From an uncultured Prolixibacteraceae bacterium (GTDB lineage Bacteria > Bacteroidota > Bacteroidia > Bacteroidales > FEN-979): a DNA stretch of 64,000 nt. How positions within the stretch are numbered: position 1 is the first letter of the stretch; every line of letters begins with the position of its first letter. The stretch is taken from assembly GCA_964429135.1 (NCBI GenBank), contig CAYSAU010000007.1, positions 18,456 to 82,455 of the forward strand, written 5' to 3'. A program made the position numbers and the translations under genes. Under the pieces are notes generated by a model that was given only the letters and a program-made list of their open reading frames with translations, did no database searches and was not told the DNA's origin. Shown here piece by piece: positions 38,634 to 47,627 of the stretch.

Positions 38634-39797
38634 TTATTCTGAGTTCTGGTCGGTTGGTGATTCATGTTCATGATTATGTTCATGATGGTGTTCATGAGCA
38701 TGTTTGGCTGAAGCCTCCTGAATGAATTCTTCATAGCTGACCTGCCTTGTTTTCATCCCCAGCTTTGCTTTGAATAATTCTAGCATGCGTGCATTATATA
38801 ATTGATCATTGATACGTTGTACCTGTTCTTTGTTTTGCATGAATGCATCCACAATGGAATCATACCGTGTCTGAATTTCGGGGTCTGAATTTTCAAGATT
38901 CACCTGACGCAACATAAAAGTCCGGATATAATTCCTGATATCTTCATCTTTGACCTCGATTTTGTTTTCCTGGATGATTTTATTTTCAATCAGTTGCCAT
39001 TTTATGGATTCGGTAAAAGACGGATAATTCTTCTCGATTTCTTCCGGAGAATACTTACCCTCATTACTTTCAATTAACCAGCGTTTCATAAAAATGTCGG
39101 GTAGGGGAATGTTGGTTTGCTTGACGAGCGTTTCGGTTGCCTCATTGAAAAACATCTTGTCTGCTTCAGCAGCAAAACCATTGCTGGCATCCTTTCTCAC
39201 CTGCTCTCTGAAATCCTCCTCAGTCTGAATATCCATTCCGGGATAAACCTGGTTATAGAAATCAGGGTTCATTTCTGCGGGTTCAGTTTGTTGGGTCTCT
39301 GCATTGGGTTCCGCTGATTCAGTAACAACTGGCTTGCCGAACCTTTTTCGGGTATCTTCAATATATTTGTCGACCATATCATTGCTGACCATGATTTCCA
39401 GGTATTCCACTTCAGTATCGTTGGAGAGCGGAATGGTAAAATCAGGGGACAGTCCCAGATCGAAATAAAATTCGAATGCCGTCTGATGTTCAAAATCGAT
39501 TGGATTGCTTTTTTCTGTGTTTGGTAAGGGATGGCCCAGAATATCGAGTTTTTCATCCCTGATATAATTCATCAGGCTTTCGGAAAGCAGTCTATTGACT
39601 TCTTCAGCCAATATTGATTTTCCATACATTTTTTTGATTAACCCTGTAGGGACATGACCTGGCCGGAATCCCGGGATGTTAGCTTTCCGTTTATGATCCA
39701 AAATGACTTTTTCCACTTTTTCATTATAGTCAGAAGGTTCAATTTCGACTTTAACAATGGCAGTAAGTTCAGCTGTTTTTTCTAAGCTAATGTTCAT
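38634..39797 (-). CDS. tig: Trigger factor lacking the PPIase domain, with a His-rich C-terminal tail
   Basis: Ribosome-binding signature GFRPGHVP. N- and C-domains can be aligned to E. coli TF. A 17-aa acidic linker stands where the FKBP domain should be. The tail reads HAHEHHHEHNHEHE. Confidence 0.85.
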   Translation of the reverse strand: MNISLEKTAELTAIVKVEIEPSDYNEKVEKVILDHKRKANIPGFRPGHVPTGLIKKMYGKSILAEEVNRLLSESLMNYIRDEKLDILGHPLPNTEKSNPIDFEHQTAFEFYFDLGLSPDFTIPLSNDTEVEYLEIMVSNDMVDKYIEDTRKRFGKPVVTESAEPNAETQQTEPAEMNPDFYNQVYPGMDIQTEEDFREQVRKDASNGFAAEADKMFFNEATETLVKQTNIPLPDIFMKRWLIESNEGKYSPEEIEKNYPSFTESIKWQLIENKIIQENKIEVKDEDIRNYIRTFMLRQVNLENSDPEIQTRYDSIVDAFMQNKEQVQRINDQLYNARMLELFKAKLGMKTRQVSYEEFIQEASAKHAHEHHHEHNHEHESPTDQNSE

Positions 39798-39851
39798 GAA
39801 TATTCATTTAACAGTTAATTTTTTCCGGGTTATGGCCGGGAATCATACATG

Positions 39852-39933
39852 TGCGGATGAAGGGACTCGAACCCCCACGCCCTGAGGCACAAGATCCTAA
39901 GTCTTGCGCGGCTACCAATTACGCCACATCCGC
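39852..39933 (-). tRNA. tRNA-Leu (anticodon TAG), type II
   Basis: The reverse complement reads GCGGATG..CAAGA-CTTAGGA-TCTTG..long variable arm..GGGGGTTCGAGTCCC..CATCCGCA. The acceptor stem is perfect. Confidence 0.9.
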
Positions 39934-40170
39934 CTCTGACCCCATAACGGCTGTGCAAAGATAAAGATAATTTCAGTGCATCGGTAATTATAGTCCCATT
40001 GGATTTTCTAAAATGATTATTGCTGATTTCAGAAAATGATTAGCATGAGGTTTACCATCCTCCCAATTTGTCATTAGTTCAAGCAAAAGGATCAAGCTGA
40101 AATATTATAGGGAAGATTTCGTTAAAATGTCAGGGGGTATATTCCCTCTTGGGTTAAGGTATTTGTATAG

Positions 40171-41667
40171 ATGATCTGGAAAAAGAAAAGTTTTCAGTAT
40201 ATTCTATTATTTCATTTCATGTTTTTTTCTGTTGTCTGCACGGTCATCGGACAGGATATGACAGGATTGGTTCTGGGGAATTATTCCGGGATTAACAGTG
40301 TACAGGTCAATCCAAGCGGGATGCATAACTCTAAAACCTATCTTGATATTCAGTTCCTGGGTGTGGATTTATTTCTTCAGAATAATTTTCTTTATCTGGA
40401 TAATAAGGATTACCGGTTTTTAAATTTTTTTAAACCGGGATATGAACTGCCAGTTCATACCGAGGATTATGGAACTGAAGAACGAACATTCTATGTTTAT
40501 CACAATAAGCGTGTAAAAAATATATTTTCCAGCATCAGGATAAACGGACCCGGTGCCATGCTGATCTGGGGTAATCATGCTTTTGCAATTACCACGGCAG
40601 CCCGACAGGTCGCCTCCATCTACAAAGTTCCCTATGACCTGGCTAATTTTAGTTACCTGGGCTTAAACTTCAAGCCTCAGCAGAATATCAATTATCAGGA
40701 TAAGAAACCTTTTTCCGTTGCTGAACTGGCCTGGGCAGAGATTGGCCTTAGTTATGCATATACTTTTTATGCACGAGGATTCAATAAAGTATCTGCCGGG
40801 ATTTCGGCACGAAGGCTTTTTGGGATTGCCGGTGGATATGTTTTTTCACGTCAGTTGGATTATATAGTGATTGACGATTCTACACTAAATGTCAAAAACT
40901 TTGATGCAGATATAGGATTGGCTATCCCTGTAGATTATGGCAATAATTTATCCCAGGCAAATCAATGGGTTAAAGGAGGTGGATTTGCATTTGATATAGG
41001 CCTTACATACGTACGTACAGTCAAGAGTCTGCAAAGAGATTACTTCCCTTCTTTATGTGCTCAGCGCTATGATGATTATGAGTACAGAATTGGGATTGCA
41101 TTGATCGATATCGGAGCCATTCATTTCAGAACCAATGCCAGGAAATATCGGATTGATAACCGGGCTTCATACTGGGATAACCTGACCAGCTTCGAGTTTA
41201 GGGATATCAATCAACTCATGGACACCGTCAGTTATAAATTTTATGGCGATAACCAGGAAGCTTTAGTAGCCGACCAATTTTATATGTGGTTACCTACAGC
41301 CTTCAGTTTCCAATTTGATTATCATTTCCGAAAAAACTGGTATGTTAATGCCAGTCTTATCTATGGCATTCCCTTGAGTCGTAATGCGGTCGGAAGACCA
41401 GCCGAATTGTCCATCACTCCTCGTTACGAAACCCGGAATTTTGAAGTGAGTCTTCCGGTTTCATTGTACGACTGGTATCTGACAAGAATAGGTTTGGCTT
41501 TTCGTGTTTATGGATTTACCATAGGAACTGATAAACTGGGTGGTTTTTTTAACCTGAATGATTTTACCGGACTGGATCTGTACTTTTCGATCAAGTTGTT
41601 TTTCAATAAAGGTAGATGCAGGGGGGGGAAGGAAACTCCATGCGGAAACCTTGAATTTAAACCATAG
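40171..41667 (+). CDS. Hypothetical outer-membrane beta-barrel protein (DUF5723-like)
   Basis: Signal peptide and alternating aromatic beta-strand pattern. The family assignment is tentative. Confidence 0.55.
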   Translation: MIWKKKSFQYILLFHFMFFSVVCTVIGQDMTGLVLGNYSGINSVQVNPSGMHNSKTYLDIQFLGVDLFLQNNFLYLDNKDYRFLNFFKPGYELPVHTEDYGTEERTFYVYHNKRVKNIFSSIRINGPGAMLIWGNHAFAITTAARQVASIYKVPYDLANFSYLGLNFKPQQNINYQDKKPFSVAELAWAEIGLSYAYTFYARGFNKVSAGISARRLFGIAGGYVFSRQLDYIVIDDSTLNVKNFDADIGLAIPVDYGNNLSQANQWVKGGGFAFDIGLTYVRTVKSLQRDYFPSLCAQRYDDYEYRIGIALIDIGAIHFRTNARKYRIDNRASYWDNLTSFEFRDINQLMDTVSYKFYGDNQEALVADQFYMWLPTAFSFQFDYHFRKNWYVNASLIYGIPLSRNAVGRPAELSITPRYETRNFEVSLPVSLYDWYLTRIGLAFRVYGFTIGTDKLGGFFNLNDFTGLDLYFSIKLFFNKGRCRGGKETPCGNLEFKP

Positions 41668-41672
41668 TGAAT

Positions 41673-42782
41673 TCAGAATTCAGACGATCTCACATCGAGT
41701 GCATCCCTGAGCGCATTACCGATAAGCATAAATGCAAGGACCAGCAACATGATGGCGAGACCAGGAAGAATAGCCAGATAGGCATAATCCAGAATGATAT
41801 ATCCATAATTTTCCTTGATCATACTCCCCCATGAAGGCACAGGGGGTTGGACACCAAGTCCCAGAAAACTTAACCCTGCTTCCATCAGGATCGCGGATGC
41901 AAAATTCGCAGCAGAAATAACAATGACTGCAGCCATGACATTGGGTAAAATATGGTGGATGATGATCCTCATATCAGAAAATCCCAGAGCTCTCCCGGCC
42001 TCAACAAATTCCTTTTCGCGGAGACTTAAAACCTGACCCCTGACCACTCTTGCCACTTCCACCCACATGGTCAATCCGACGGCAACAAAAACCTGCCAGA
42101 ATCCTTTTCCCAAGGCAAAAGTTATGGCAATCACAAGTAAAAGGGTAGGGATAGACCAAACCACATTGATAAACCAGAGAATGACATTGTCAATCCAGCC
42201 TCTGTAATAACCGCCGATGGCTCCGATAAAGATACCTAAAATGAGTGAGATAACAACAGAGATGAATCCGACCGAAAGACTTATCCTAGTTCCGATGATT
42301 AATTCGCTGAGGTAATCTCTCCCGAAGCGGTCGGTACCTAACCAATAGGTCCTGTGCTCAAATCCGACAAGTTTATTGTTTTGCATACGGTTCCAGGGCG
42401 CATTGGGAAAGGGAGGATTTGAATAATCCTGATATTGTACGGTATCTTTTTTAAATTGATAGGATTGAACCGGGATATAGGTATAACCGGATTTGTTGCC
42501 TGAGATCATGATAGAAAACCAAGACTTCTTTTCAATTTCCTGGCCTGTTTTGACTTTAAGTAATGTAACGCTGGTTCCGGGTTTTTTCAGGCCAAGCTCA
42601 AGGTGTTGCTCATTGGCAAATGGAGAATTGTCCGGTGTGACCAGGTACCCAAGAAGAGCAATAAGGGTGATAAGCGCAAGAAAAATAAGGGAACCCATAC
42701 CAAGTTTATTCCTTTTAAATTTCTTCCAGGCAAGGGCTGACAGTGAACCCGAAGTGATGTATGTCCGTCGACGAAAAAACAC
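41673..42782 (-). CDS. ABC transporter permease (DppC/OppC family) with an N-terminal extension
   Basis: Has the EAA-loop region FVEAGRALGFSDMRII and six TM helices. No cognate ATPase or binding-protein gene is adjacent. Confidence 0.8.
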   Translation of the reverse strand: MFFRRRTYITSGSLSALAWKKFKRNKLGMGSLIFLALITLIALLGYLVTPDNSPFANEQHLELGLKKPGTSVTLLKVKTGQEIEKKSWFSIMISGNKSGYTYIPVQSYQFKKDTVQYQDYSNPPFPNAPWNRMQNNKLVGFEHRTYWLGTDRFGRDYLSELIIGTRISLSVGFISVVISLILGIFIGAIGGYYRGWIDNVILWFINVVWSIPTLLLVIAITFALGKGFWQVFVAVGLTMWVEVARVVRGQVLSLREKEFVEAGRALGFSDMRIIIHHILPNVMAAVIVISAANFASAILMEAGLSFLGLGVQPPVPSWGSMIKENYGYIILDYAYLAILPGLAIMLLVLAFMLIGNALRDALDVRSSEF

Positions 42783-42846
42783 GAAGCAGAAGGATAGTGA
42801 TTTTTGACAAAGTTAATTTTTTTTGTACTTTTGCCAAACTTTACAT

Positions 42847-42921
42847 GGTGGTCGTAGCTCAGTTGGTTAGAGCGTCAGATTGTGGCTCTGAAGGCCGTGG
42901 GTTCGAATCCCATCTTCCACC
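42847..42921 (+). tRNA. tRNA-His (anticodon GTG) with G-1; two acceptor-stem mismatches
   Basis: Reads G-GTGGTCG-TA-GCTCAGTTGGTTAGAGC-G-TCAGA-TTGTGGC-TCTGA-AGGCC-GTGGGTTCGAATCCCAT-CTTCCAC-C. Pairs 5:68 (T-T) and 6:67 (C-T) do not form. Confidence 0.8.
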
Positions 42922-42922
42922 C

Positions 42923-42952
42923 AAAGGCTGTTGTCTGACAACAGCCTTTTTT
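42923..42952. terminator. Bidirectional intrinsic terminator (tRNA-His / smpB)
   Basis: aaaggctgttgtc-tga-gacaacagccttttttat, with an A-run on one side and a T-run on the other. Confidence 0.75.
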
Positions 42953-43400
42953 ATATTCTGTCCATTTCCCTCTTGATTTCCTTTTGTTTCAGGGATTCCC
43001 GTTTGTCATAAGCATGTTTACCCCTGGCCAGGGAAATGTTTAGTTTAGCCCGGCCCTCTTCATTGATAAAAAGTAAAGTCGGTACAATGGTAAACCCTTT
43101 GTCTTTGCTTTTTGTCTGGAGCTTTTTCAGTTCCCTTTTTTTAAGCAATAATTTCCTGTCCCTTTTAGGCTCATGGTTATAATGGGAACCCATGGTGTAT
43201 TCAGCAATGTGCATGTTTCGGACAAAAAGCTCATTCCCTGTAAAAGTGCAATAAGCATCAACGATTGAAGCCTTACCGTCTCTGATCGATTTGATTTCCG
43301 TTCCGCAAAGCTGGATCCCCGAGGTATATTCCTGGATAAAAAAATATTCATGGGAAGCCCGTTTATTCTTTATGTTGATTTTTTTTTCCATAAATCCCAT
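42951..43400 (-). CDS. smpB: SsrA-binding protein SmpB
   Basis: Shows [18 protein letters not shown]...LLLKKRE. The start could instead be the second Met at 43391. Confidence 0.9.
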   Translation of the reverse strand: MGFMEKKINIKNKRASHEYFFIQEYTSGIQLCGTEIKSIRDGKASIVDAYCTFTGNELFVRNMHIAEYTMGSHYNHEPKRDRKLLLKKRELKKLQTKSKDKGFTIVPTLLFINEEGRAKLNISLARGKHAYDKRESLKQKEIKREMDRI

Positions 43401-43447
43401 GCAAGATTAGGATTTTTCCTTCAATTTTAAACCATTCCCAGTAAATT

Positions 43448-45886
43448 TCAGATTTTAAAAGTGATTCCAATCAGAAAGTTGATTAATGCCTGAGGGAAAT
43501 ATCCGTTGGCTTCACCATACTGATGGTCATAGTAATACTGATACACCCAGGCATTGGTCTCATATTTACTGTTAAAAAGGTTATTGATCATGAAGTGAAG
43601 GTTGATTTCATTAAAAGGCTTCACTTTTAAGGCATACGATGCAGCAAGGCTATGGATAAAATAAGGATTAAGGGAGCGATTTTTATTGCTGGTATTATCG
43701 ATGAATTGTCTACCGACATATTTTGAAATCAGGGAAAACGCAAGTGAAGTTACTGGCTTATAGGTAATGGTACTGCCTGCCAGGATATTTGGCGAGAACG
43801 AAAGATCCGTCAGCCCCAGATCTTCCTGCATCTGTCCAATGAATCCGGTAGAATCATATATATCAATGTAGGAAGTGAAATCTTTTATTTTATTCCGGCT
43901 CAGGGTCAGATTTGCATTCCACTCCAGTTTTTTAAATAGCCGGAGACTTGCGGAAAGTTCTACTCCCAGCCGGTAACTTTTCGGAACATTCACCATAATG
44001 GCTTCCCCAACATTATTGATTTCACCGGTCAATACAAGCTGGTTATGATAATTCATGAAATACAGGTTCACACTTCCGAAAAAAGCGGAGGATTTGTAAT
44101 TATAACCGAGTTCGGTATCGAAAAGTGTTTCAAAAGTGGGGTTACGGTCTGGATCCGCATCTTTGTAGTTATTTCTGCTTGGTTCTCTATGGGTCATGCC
44201 AAATGAAACATAAGCCTGATGGTGGTTACTGAGATCAAAGAAAATTCCCCCCTTCGGATTGAAGAAATTAAACGTATGCTGCTGATCGATGGATCTCAGG
44301 TCATCGAGGGTGCCATGCATGGCATAAGATACATACCTGTATTGGAGGTCAAGATAAAGATTTACTTTACTGATCAATTGGAAATTTATTTTTGAGAACA
44401 CATTAAAATCCTTTTTTAGACCAGTGTTGTAATACCAGTTACGGTTGTTATCCCCATTGGAGGCATAATCTGCCCAGATGATCTTACCGAAATGTCTTCC
44501 AAAATAACGGTTCCAGGCTCCCCCGAGGGTTACTGTCAAATGATTCGGTATCGTGTAGTTGCTTGAAAAAGTCAAACCGCAAAAATCATTATCCATCATT
44601 TTCCGGTTGACTAGATCAGTGGTAGTAATGGTATCGGAACCGATGATCACATCGTCAAGGCCGTATTCGGCAAAGGACTCTTTCTGTTTATAGTTCTCAT
44701 AATAGCCTTTGCCTTTTGTATAATGGAGGGCCAGGTTCATATTCCAGTTCTTCATCAGGGTCTGTGAAAAGATTGCCTGGTAGTGATCCTGCTGATAATT
44801 ATCGATCTGATTATTATAGTAAGAAATATGTCCGAATTTATCAATGTATTCACCTGCCGGATTATATGTTCGGTTTGTACTTAGTGAATCCATTGGAACG
44901 CCTTCCCAGGCCTGATAGGTTTTTTCGAAACCGGAACTGGCGATGAGGCGGAGGGTGGTATTTTTTCCATAATATCCGCCAGAAATATAATACGATTTCA
45001 GTTTAGCGTATGCCCGGTCAATATAACCATCAGAAGTGATATACGAAAGTCGTCCGTCAAAACAGATTTTACTGGCCATCAGGCCGGTGCCGAATCTTAT
45101 ACTGGATTTGAATGTGCCATAAGAACCACCGGTCAGATTTAGTTCTCCATAGGGATCCTGTGACAATCCGGAAGTTTGGATATTGATGGTGCCGCCAAAG
45201 GCTCCTGCTCCGTTTGTGGAGGTTCCGACCCCTCTTTGTACTTGAATATTATCTGCTGAGGAAGCTAAGTCAGGAAGATCGACAAACCAGACCCCCTGTG
45301 ATTCTGCATCATTTAATGGAATCCCGTTGACGGTGACATTAATGCGTGTCAGATCGGTTCCTCGGATACTGATTCCTGTATATCCAATTCCATTACCGGC
45401 ATCAGAAGTAGCCATGATCGATGGAGCATTCACTAACAGAAAAGGAAGGTCCTTTCCAAGGTTTATATTTTTAATTTCTTTGGCCGTAATGGCTGTAAAC
45501 GTATTTGGAGTTTTCTCCTGTGCTCTCGTAGCAATGATATTGACTTCTTCGCCCAATAAGGGTGACTCTTCCAGGCTTATATCCAGAACCGTATCCCTTC
45601 TCAGATCGAACTGAAGATGTTTTGTTCTATAACCCATAAAAGATACATTCATCTTAACCCGGCCAGTTTTTTGCCTGGATAAATGAAAATGTCCCTTTTC
45701 GTCTGTGAATGTTTGTGAATTGTTTTCAAGGAGATTGATGTGTGCCCCTGATAAAGGTTTTTTTGTGATTTGGTCAGCGACTGTGCCGCTGATGTTCACT
45801 TGTGCCTGAAGCCGAATGTTGCATAAAAGAATGCAGCAAATAACCCAAAGCAGAATGTTTGCTGAATAAGGATGATGATTTTTCAT
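43448..45886 (-). CDS. TonB-dependent outer-membrane receptor (probable thiamine/TPP-precursor uptake)
   Basis: N-terminal carboxypeptidase-regulatory-like domain, plug, and beta-barrel ending in a terminal aromatic residue. Preceded by a TPP riboswitch. Confidence 0.88.
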   Translation of the reverse strand: MKNHHPYSANILLWVICCILLCNIRLQAQVNISGTVADQITKKPLSGAHINLLENNSQTFTDEKGHFHLSRQKTGRVKMNVSFMGYRTKHLQFDLRRDTVLDISLEESPLLGEEVNIIATRAQEKTPNTFTAITAKEIKNINLGKDLPFLLVNAPSIMATSDAGNGIGYTGISIRGTDLTRINVTVNGIPLNDAESQGVWFVDLPDLASSADNIQVQRGVGTSTNGAGAFGGTINIQTSGLSQDPYGELNLTGGSYGTFKSSIRFGTGLMASKICFDGRLSYITSDGYIDRAYAKLKSYYISGGYYGKNTTLRLIASSGFEKTYQAWEGVPMDSLSTNRTYNPAGEYIDKFGHISYYNNQIDNYQQDHYQAIFSQTLMKNWNMNLALHYTKGKGYYENYKQKESFAEYGLDDVIIGSDTITTTDLVNRKMMDNDFCGLTFSSNYTIPNHLTVTLGGAWNRYFGRHFGKIIWADYASNGDNNRNWYYNTGLKKDFNVFSKINFQLISKVNLYLDLQYRYVSYAMHGTLDDLRSIDQQHTFNFFNPKGGIFFDLSNHHQAYVSFGMTHREPSRNNYKDADPDRNPTFETLFDTELGYNYKSSAFFGSVNLYFMNYHNQLVLTGEINNVGEAIMVNVPKSYRLGVELSASLRLFKKLEWNANLTLSRNKIKDFTSYIDIYDSTGFIGQMQEDLGLTDLSFSPNILAGSTITYKPVTSLAFSLISKYVGRQFIDNTSNKNRSLNPYFIHSLAASYALKVKPFNEINLHFMINNLFNSKYETNAWVYQYYYDHQYGEANGYFPQALINFLIGITFKI

Positions 45887-45894
45887 GTTTCTTT

Positions 45895-45975
45895 TTTTTG
45901 CCTACGCCGGCATTATCCGGATCAGGTTCATGGGGTATAATCTCAGCCCGTATGTTAAGGCACCCCCTGAGGAGA
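45895..45975 (-). promoter_or_regulatory. TPP (THI-box) riboswitch
   Basis: The minus strand reads CAGGGGGTGCC..GGGCTGAGATTATACCCCATGAACCTGATCCGGATAATGCCGGCGTAGGC. It has the conserved GGGGUGC, CUGAGA, ACCC and GAACCUGAUCnGGAUAAUGCCnGCGUAGG blocks, and its 3' boundary at 45895 lies 8 nt upstream of the receptor ATG (the AGGC block ends 13 nt upstream). Confidence 0.9.
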
Positions 45976-45985
45976 AATATCCTTG

Positions 45986-45993
45986 CAAAGTTA
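45986..45993 (-). promoter_or_regulatory. Candidate -7 box TAACTTTG driving the riboswitch and receptor
   Basis: Plus-strand CAAAGTTA, about 10 nt upstream of the riboswitch 5' end. Confidence 0.45.
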
Positions 45994-46036
45994 CATTATA
46001 ATTTATTTCGCTGTTTCATTATTTTATTATTTATCT

Positions 46037-46044
46037 TATTTTTG
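46037..46044 (+). promoter_or_regulatory. Candidate -7 box TATTTTTG for aroQ
   Basis: A TAnnTTTG match 19 nt upstream of the ATG at 46063. Confidence 0.4.
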
Positions 46045-46062
46045 TCTTTTGACCCATTCATT

Positions 46063-46488
46063 ATGAAACTGCTGATCATCAACGGTCCCAATCTAAACCT
46101 GCTGGGTATCAGGGAAGAAGAAATCTATGGTAAACAGAAATTTGAAACCTATCTTAAAAAACTGCGAAAACATTTTCATCATGTTGACCTGGCATATTTT
46201 CAAAGCAATATTGAAGGGGAAATTATTGATGCCATTCAGAAAGCGGGTTTTTTATACGACGGTGTTATCCTGAATGCCGGGGGGTACACTCATACTTCCG
46301 TGGCCATTGCAGATGCCATAAAAGCCATTAATGCTCCCGTGATTGAGGTCCATATTTCCAATACCTTCTCCAGGGAATCATTTCGTCATACTTCCTTTTT
46401 ATCTGCCAACGCCAAAGGGATTATCATCGGCTTCGGACTCGACTCCTATCGGCTTGCCATCGAGAGTTTGGTAAATCCCTTGTTGTAA
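46063..46488 (+). CDS. aroQ: Type II 3-dehydroquinate dehydratase
   Basis: Shows MKLLIINGPNLNLLGIRE, QSN.EGE, NAGGYTHTS and HISN. The start is at the internal Met; the long ORF extension crosses the riboswitch and promoter region. Confidence 0.9.
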   Translation: MKLLIINGPNLNLLGIREEEIYGKQKFETYLKKLRKHFHHVDLAYFQSNIEGEIIDAIQKAGFLYDGVILNAGGYTHTSVAIADAIKAINAPVIEVHISNTFSRESFRHTSFLSANAKGIIIGFGLDSYRLAIESLVNPLL

Positions 46489-46490
46489 TA

Positions 46491-47513
46491 TCAGCGTTTT
46501 ATAAATTTTTCCGGATTGAGCTGGGAAAATTTCTTTCTGCCTTTCAGGTAGTAATCGGTCACAATCGTATTTTCATAAACATGTTTCATGCAGCCCTGTT
46601 TCAGGGATTTTCGTTTGCTTTTCGTTCGCTGAAGATTCCTGTAAAAGCTGGTATGTGCCTTTGAAACGGCCCAGAAATCCTTGAAACCTGCCTGGATAAG
46701 AAATTTAATTGCAGCAATGCTGTCCAGGATGAGGCGGATGGTAAAAACTTTGATTAACCTGTCCTCCGGCAGATTTTTATACAATAAGTAAAAATTATTC
46801 CGGAAGTTCAGGAAAGTCTTTCTCCAGGAAATTTTGGGAAGCGTCCCCCCGCCAATATGAAATACTGTAGAATGCGGACAATACATTATCTTAAATCCCG
46901 CATTCTGAAGGCGCCAGCAAAAATCAATTTCTTCCATATGGGCGAAAAAATCTTCATCCAAACCGCCATATTCGTGAAATAGTCTTGCCCTGACAAACAT
47001 ACAGGCTCCTGTCGCCCAGAATATTTCAATTTGATCATCATACTGCCCCAGGTCTTCTTCAATACTTAGGAAAATTCTTCCACGGCAGAAAGGGTAACCA
47101 TATTTATCAAGAAAACCTCCTGCTGCACCGGCATACTCGAATTTTTTGGGTTCCAGATAGGATCTTATCTTAGGCTGACAAGCAGCAATTTCATGATCAG
47201 AGTCCATTAGGCTGATGATCGGTTTAATCCAGTTTTCGGTGACTTCAATATCGGAATTCAGCAGAATATAGTACTCTGCATCCACCTGCCGGAGTGCCAG
47301 GTTATACCCCAATGCAAATCCTCCATTACTGGGATTCTGAATAATCCTGATCTCGGGATAACGTGTTTTCAGGAATTGCACAGAGTCATCGGTTGAGGCA
47401 TTGTCAGCAACGACAATCTCCGCATCACCTTGGCTGTGACGAACCAACATCGGAAGGAACTTCTCCAGGTATCTGCGGCCGTTCCAGTTCAAAATTACAA
47501 CAGCAACACGCAT
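46491..47513 (-). CDS. Family-2 glycosyltransferase
   Basis: Shows VAVVILNWNG, VADNASTDDS, NGGFA and LNSD. Confidence 0.85.
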   Translation of the reverse strand: MRVAVVILNWNGRRYLEKFLPMLVRHSQGDAEIVVADNASTDDSVQFLKTRYPEIRIIQNPSNGGFALGYNLALRQVDAEYYILLNSDIEVTENWIKPIISLMDSDHEIAACQPKIRSYLEPKKFEYAGAAGGFLDKYGYPFCRGRIFLSIEEDLGQYDDQIEIFWATGACMFVRARLFHEYGGLDEDFFAHMEEIDFCWRLQNAGFKIMYCPHSTVFHIGGGTLPKISWRKTFLNFRNNFYLLYKNLPEDRLIKVFTIRLILDSIAAIKFLIQAGFKDFWAVSKAHTSFYRNLQRTKSKRKSLKQGCMKHVYENTIVTDYYLKGRKKFSQLNPEKFIKR

Positions 47514-47584
47514 CAGGGTATAAATTTGAGATTGTCAAGACGAAAAATTGATCACACAGCCGTCAACGATGTTGTAAAAGTAAG

Positions 47585-47618
47585 AAAAAAAAAGATGCCA
47601 GTCAGAAAAACATGACTG
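47585..47618 (-). terminator. Possible intrinsic terminator after the GWxTD gene
   Basis: On the minus strand, cagtca-tgtttttc-tgactg, then gcatc, then ttttttttt. The stem is short. Confidence 0.35.
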
Positions 47619-47627
47619 TAGAAAGGC

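Noticed and set aside
38621-38734. The Met/Asn-rich N-terminal extension of the clpP ORF (MLMNTIMNIIMNMNH).
   Set aside because: It is an out-of-frame reading of the His-rich tail of tig. The ClpP homology starts near MDEFSKY.
39798-39851. The hairpin ttccggg-ttatgg-ccgggaa between tRNA-Leu and tig.
   Set aside because: The stem is short (4-6 bp) and no U-tract follows in the transcribed orientation. It is not convincing as a terminator.
42761-42976. A 71-aa plus-strand ORF.
   Set aside because: It reads through tRNA-His and its terminator (AQLVRASDCGSEGRGFES is a typical tRNA translation artefact).
45859-46062. The 68-aa N-terminal extension of the aroQ ORF.
   Set aside because: It overlaps the receptor start, the TPP riboswitch and two promoter boxes. 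The conserved AroQ sequence begins at MKLLIINGPN (46063).
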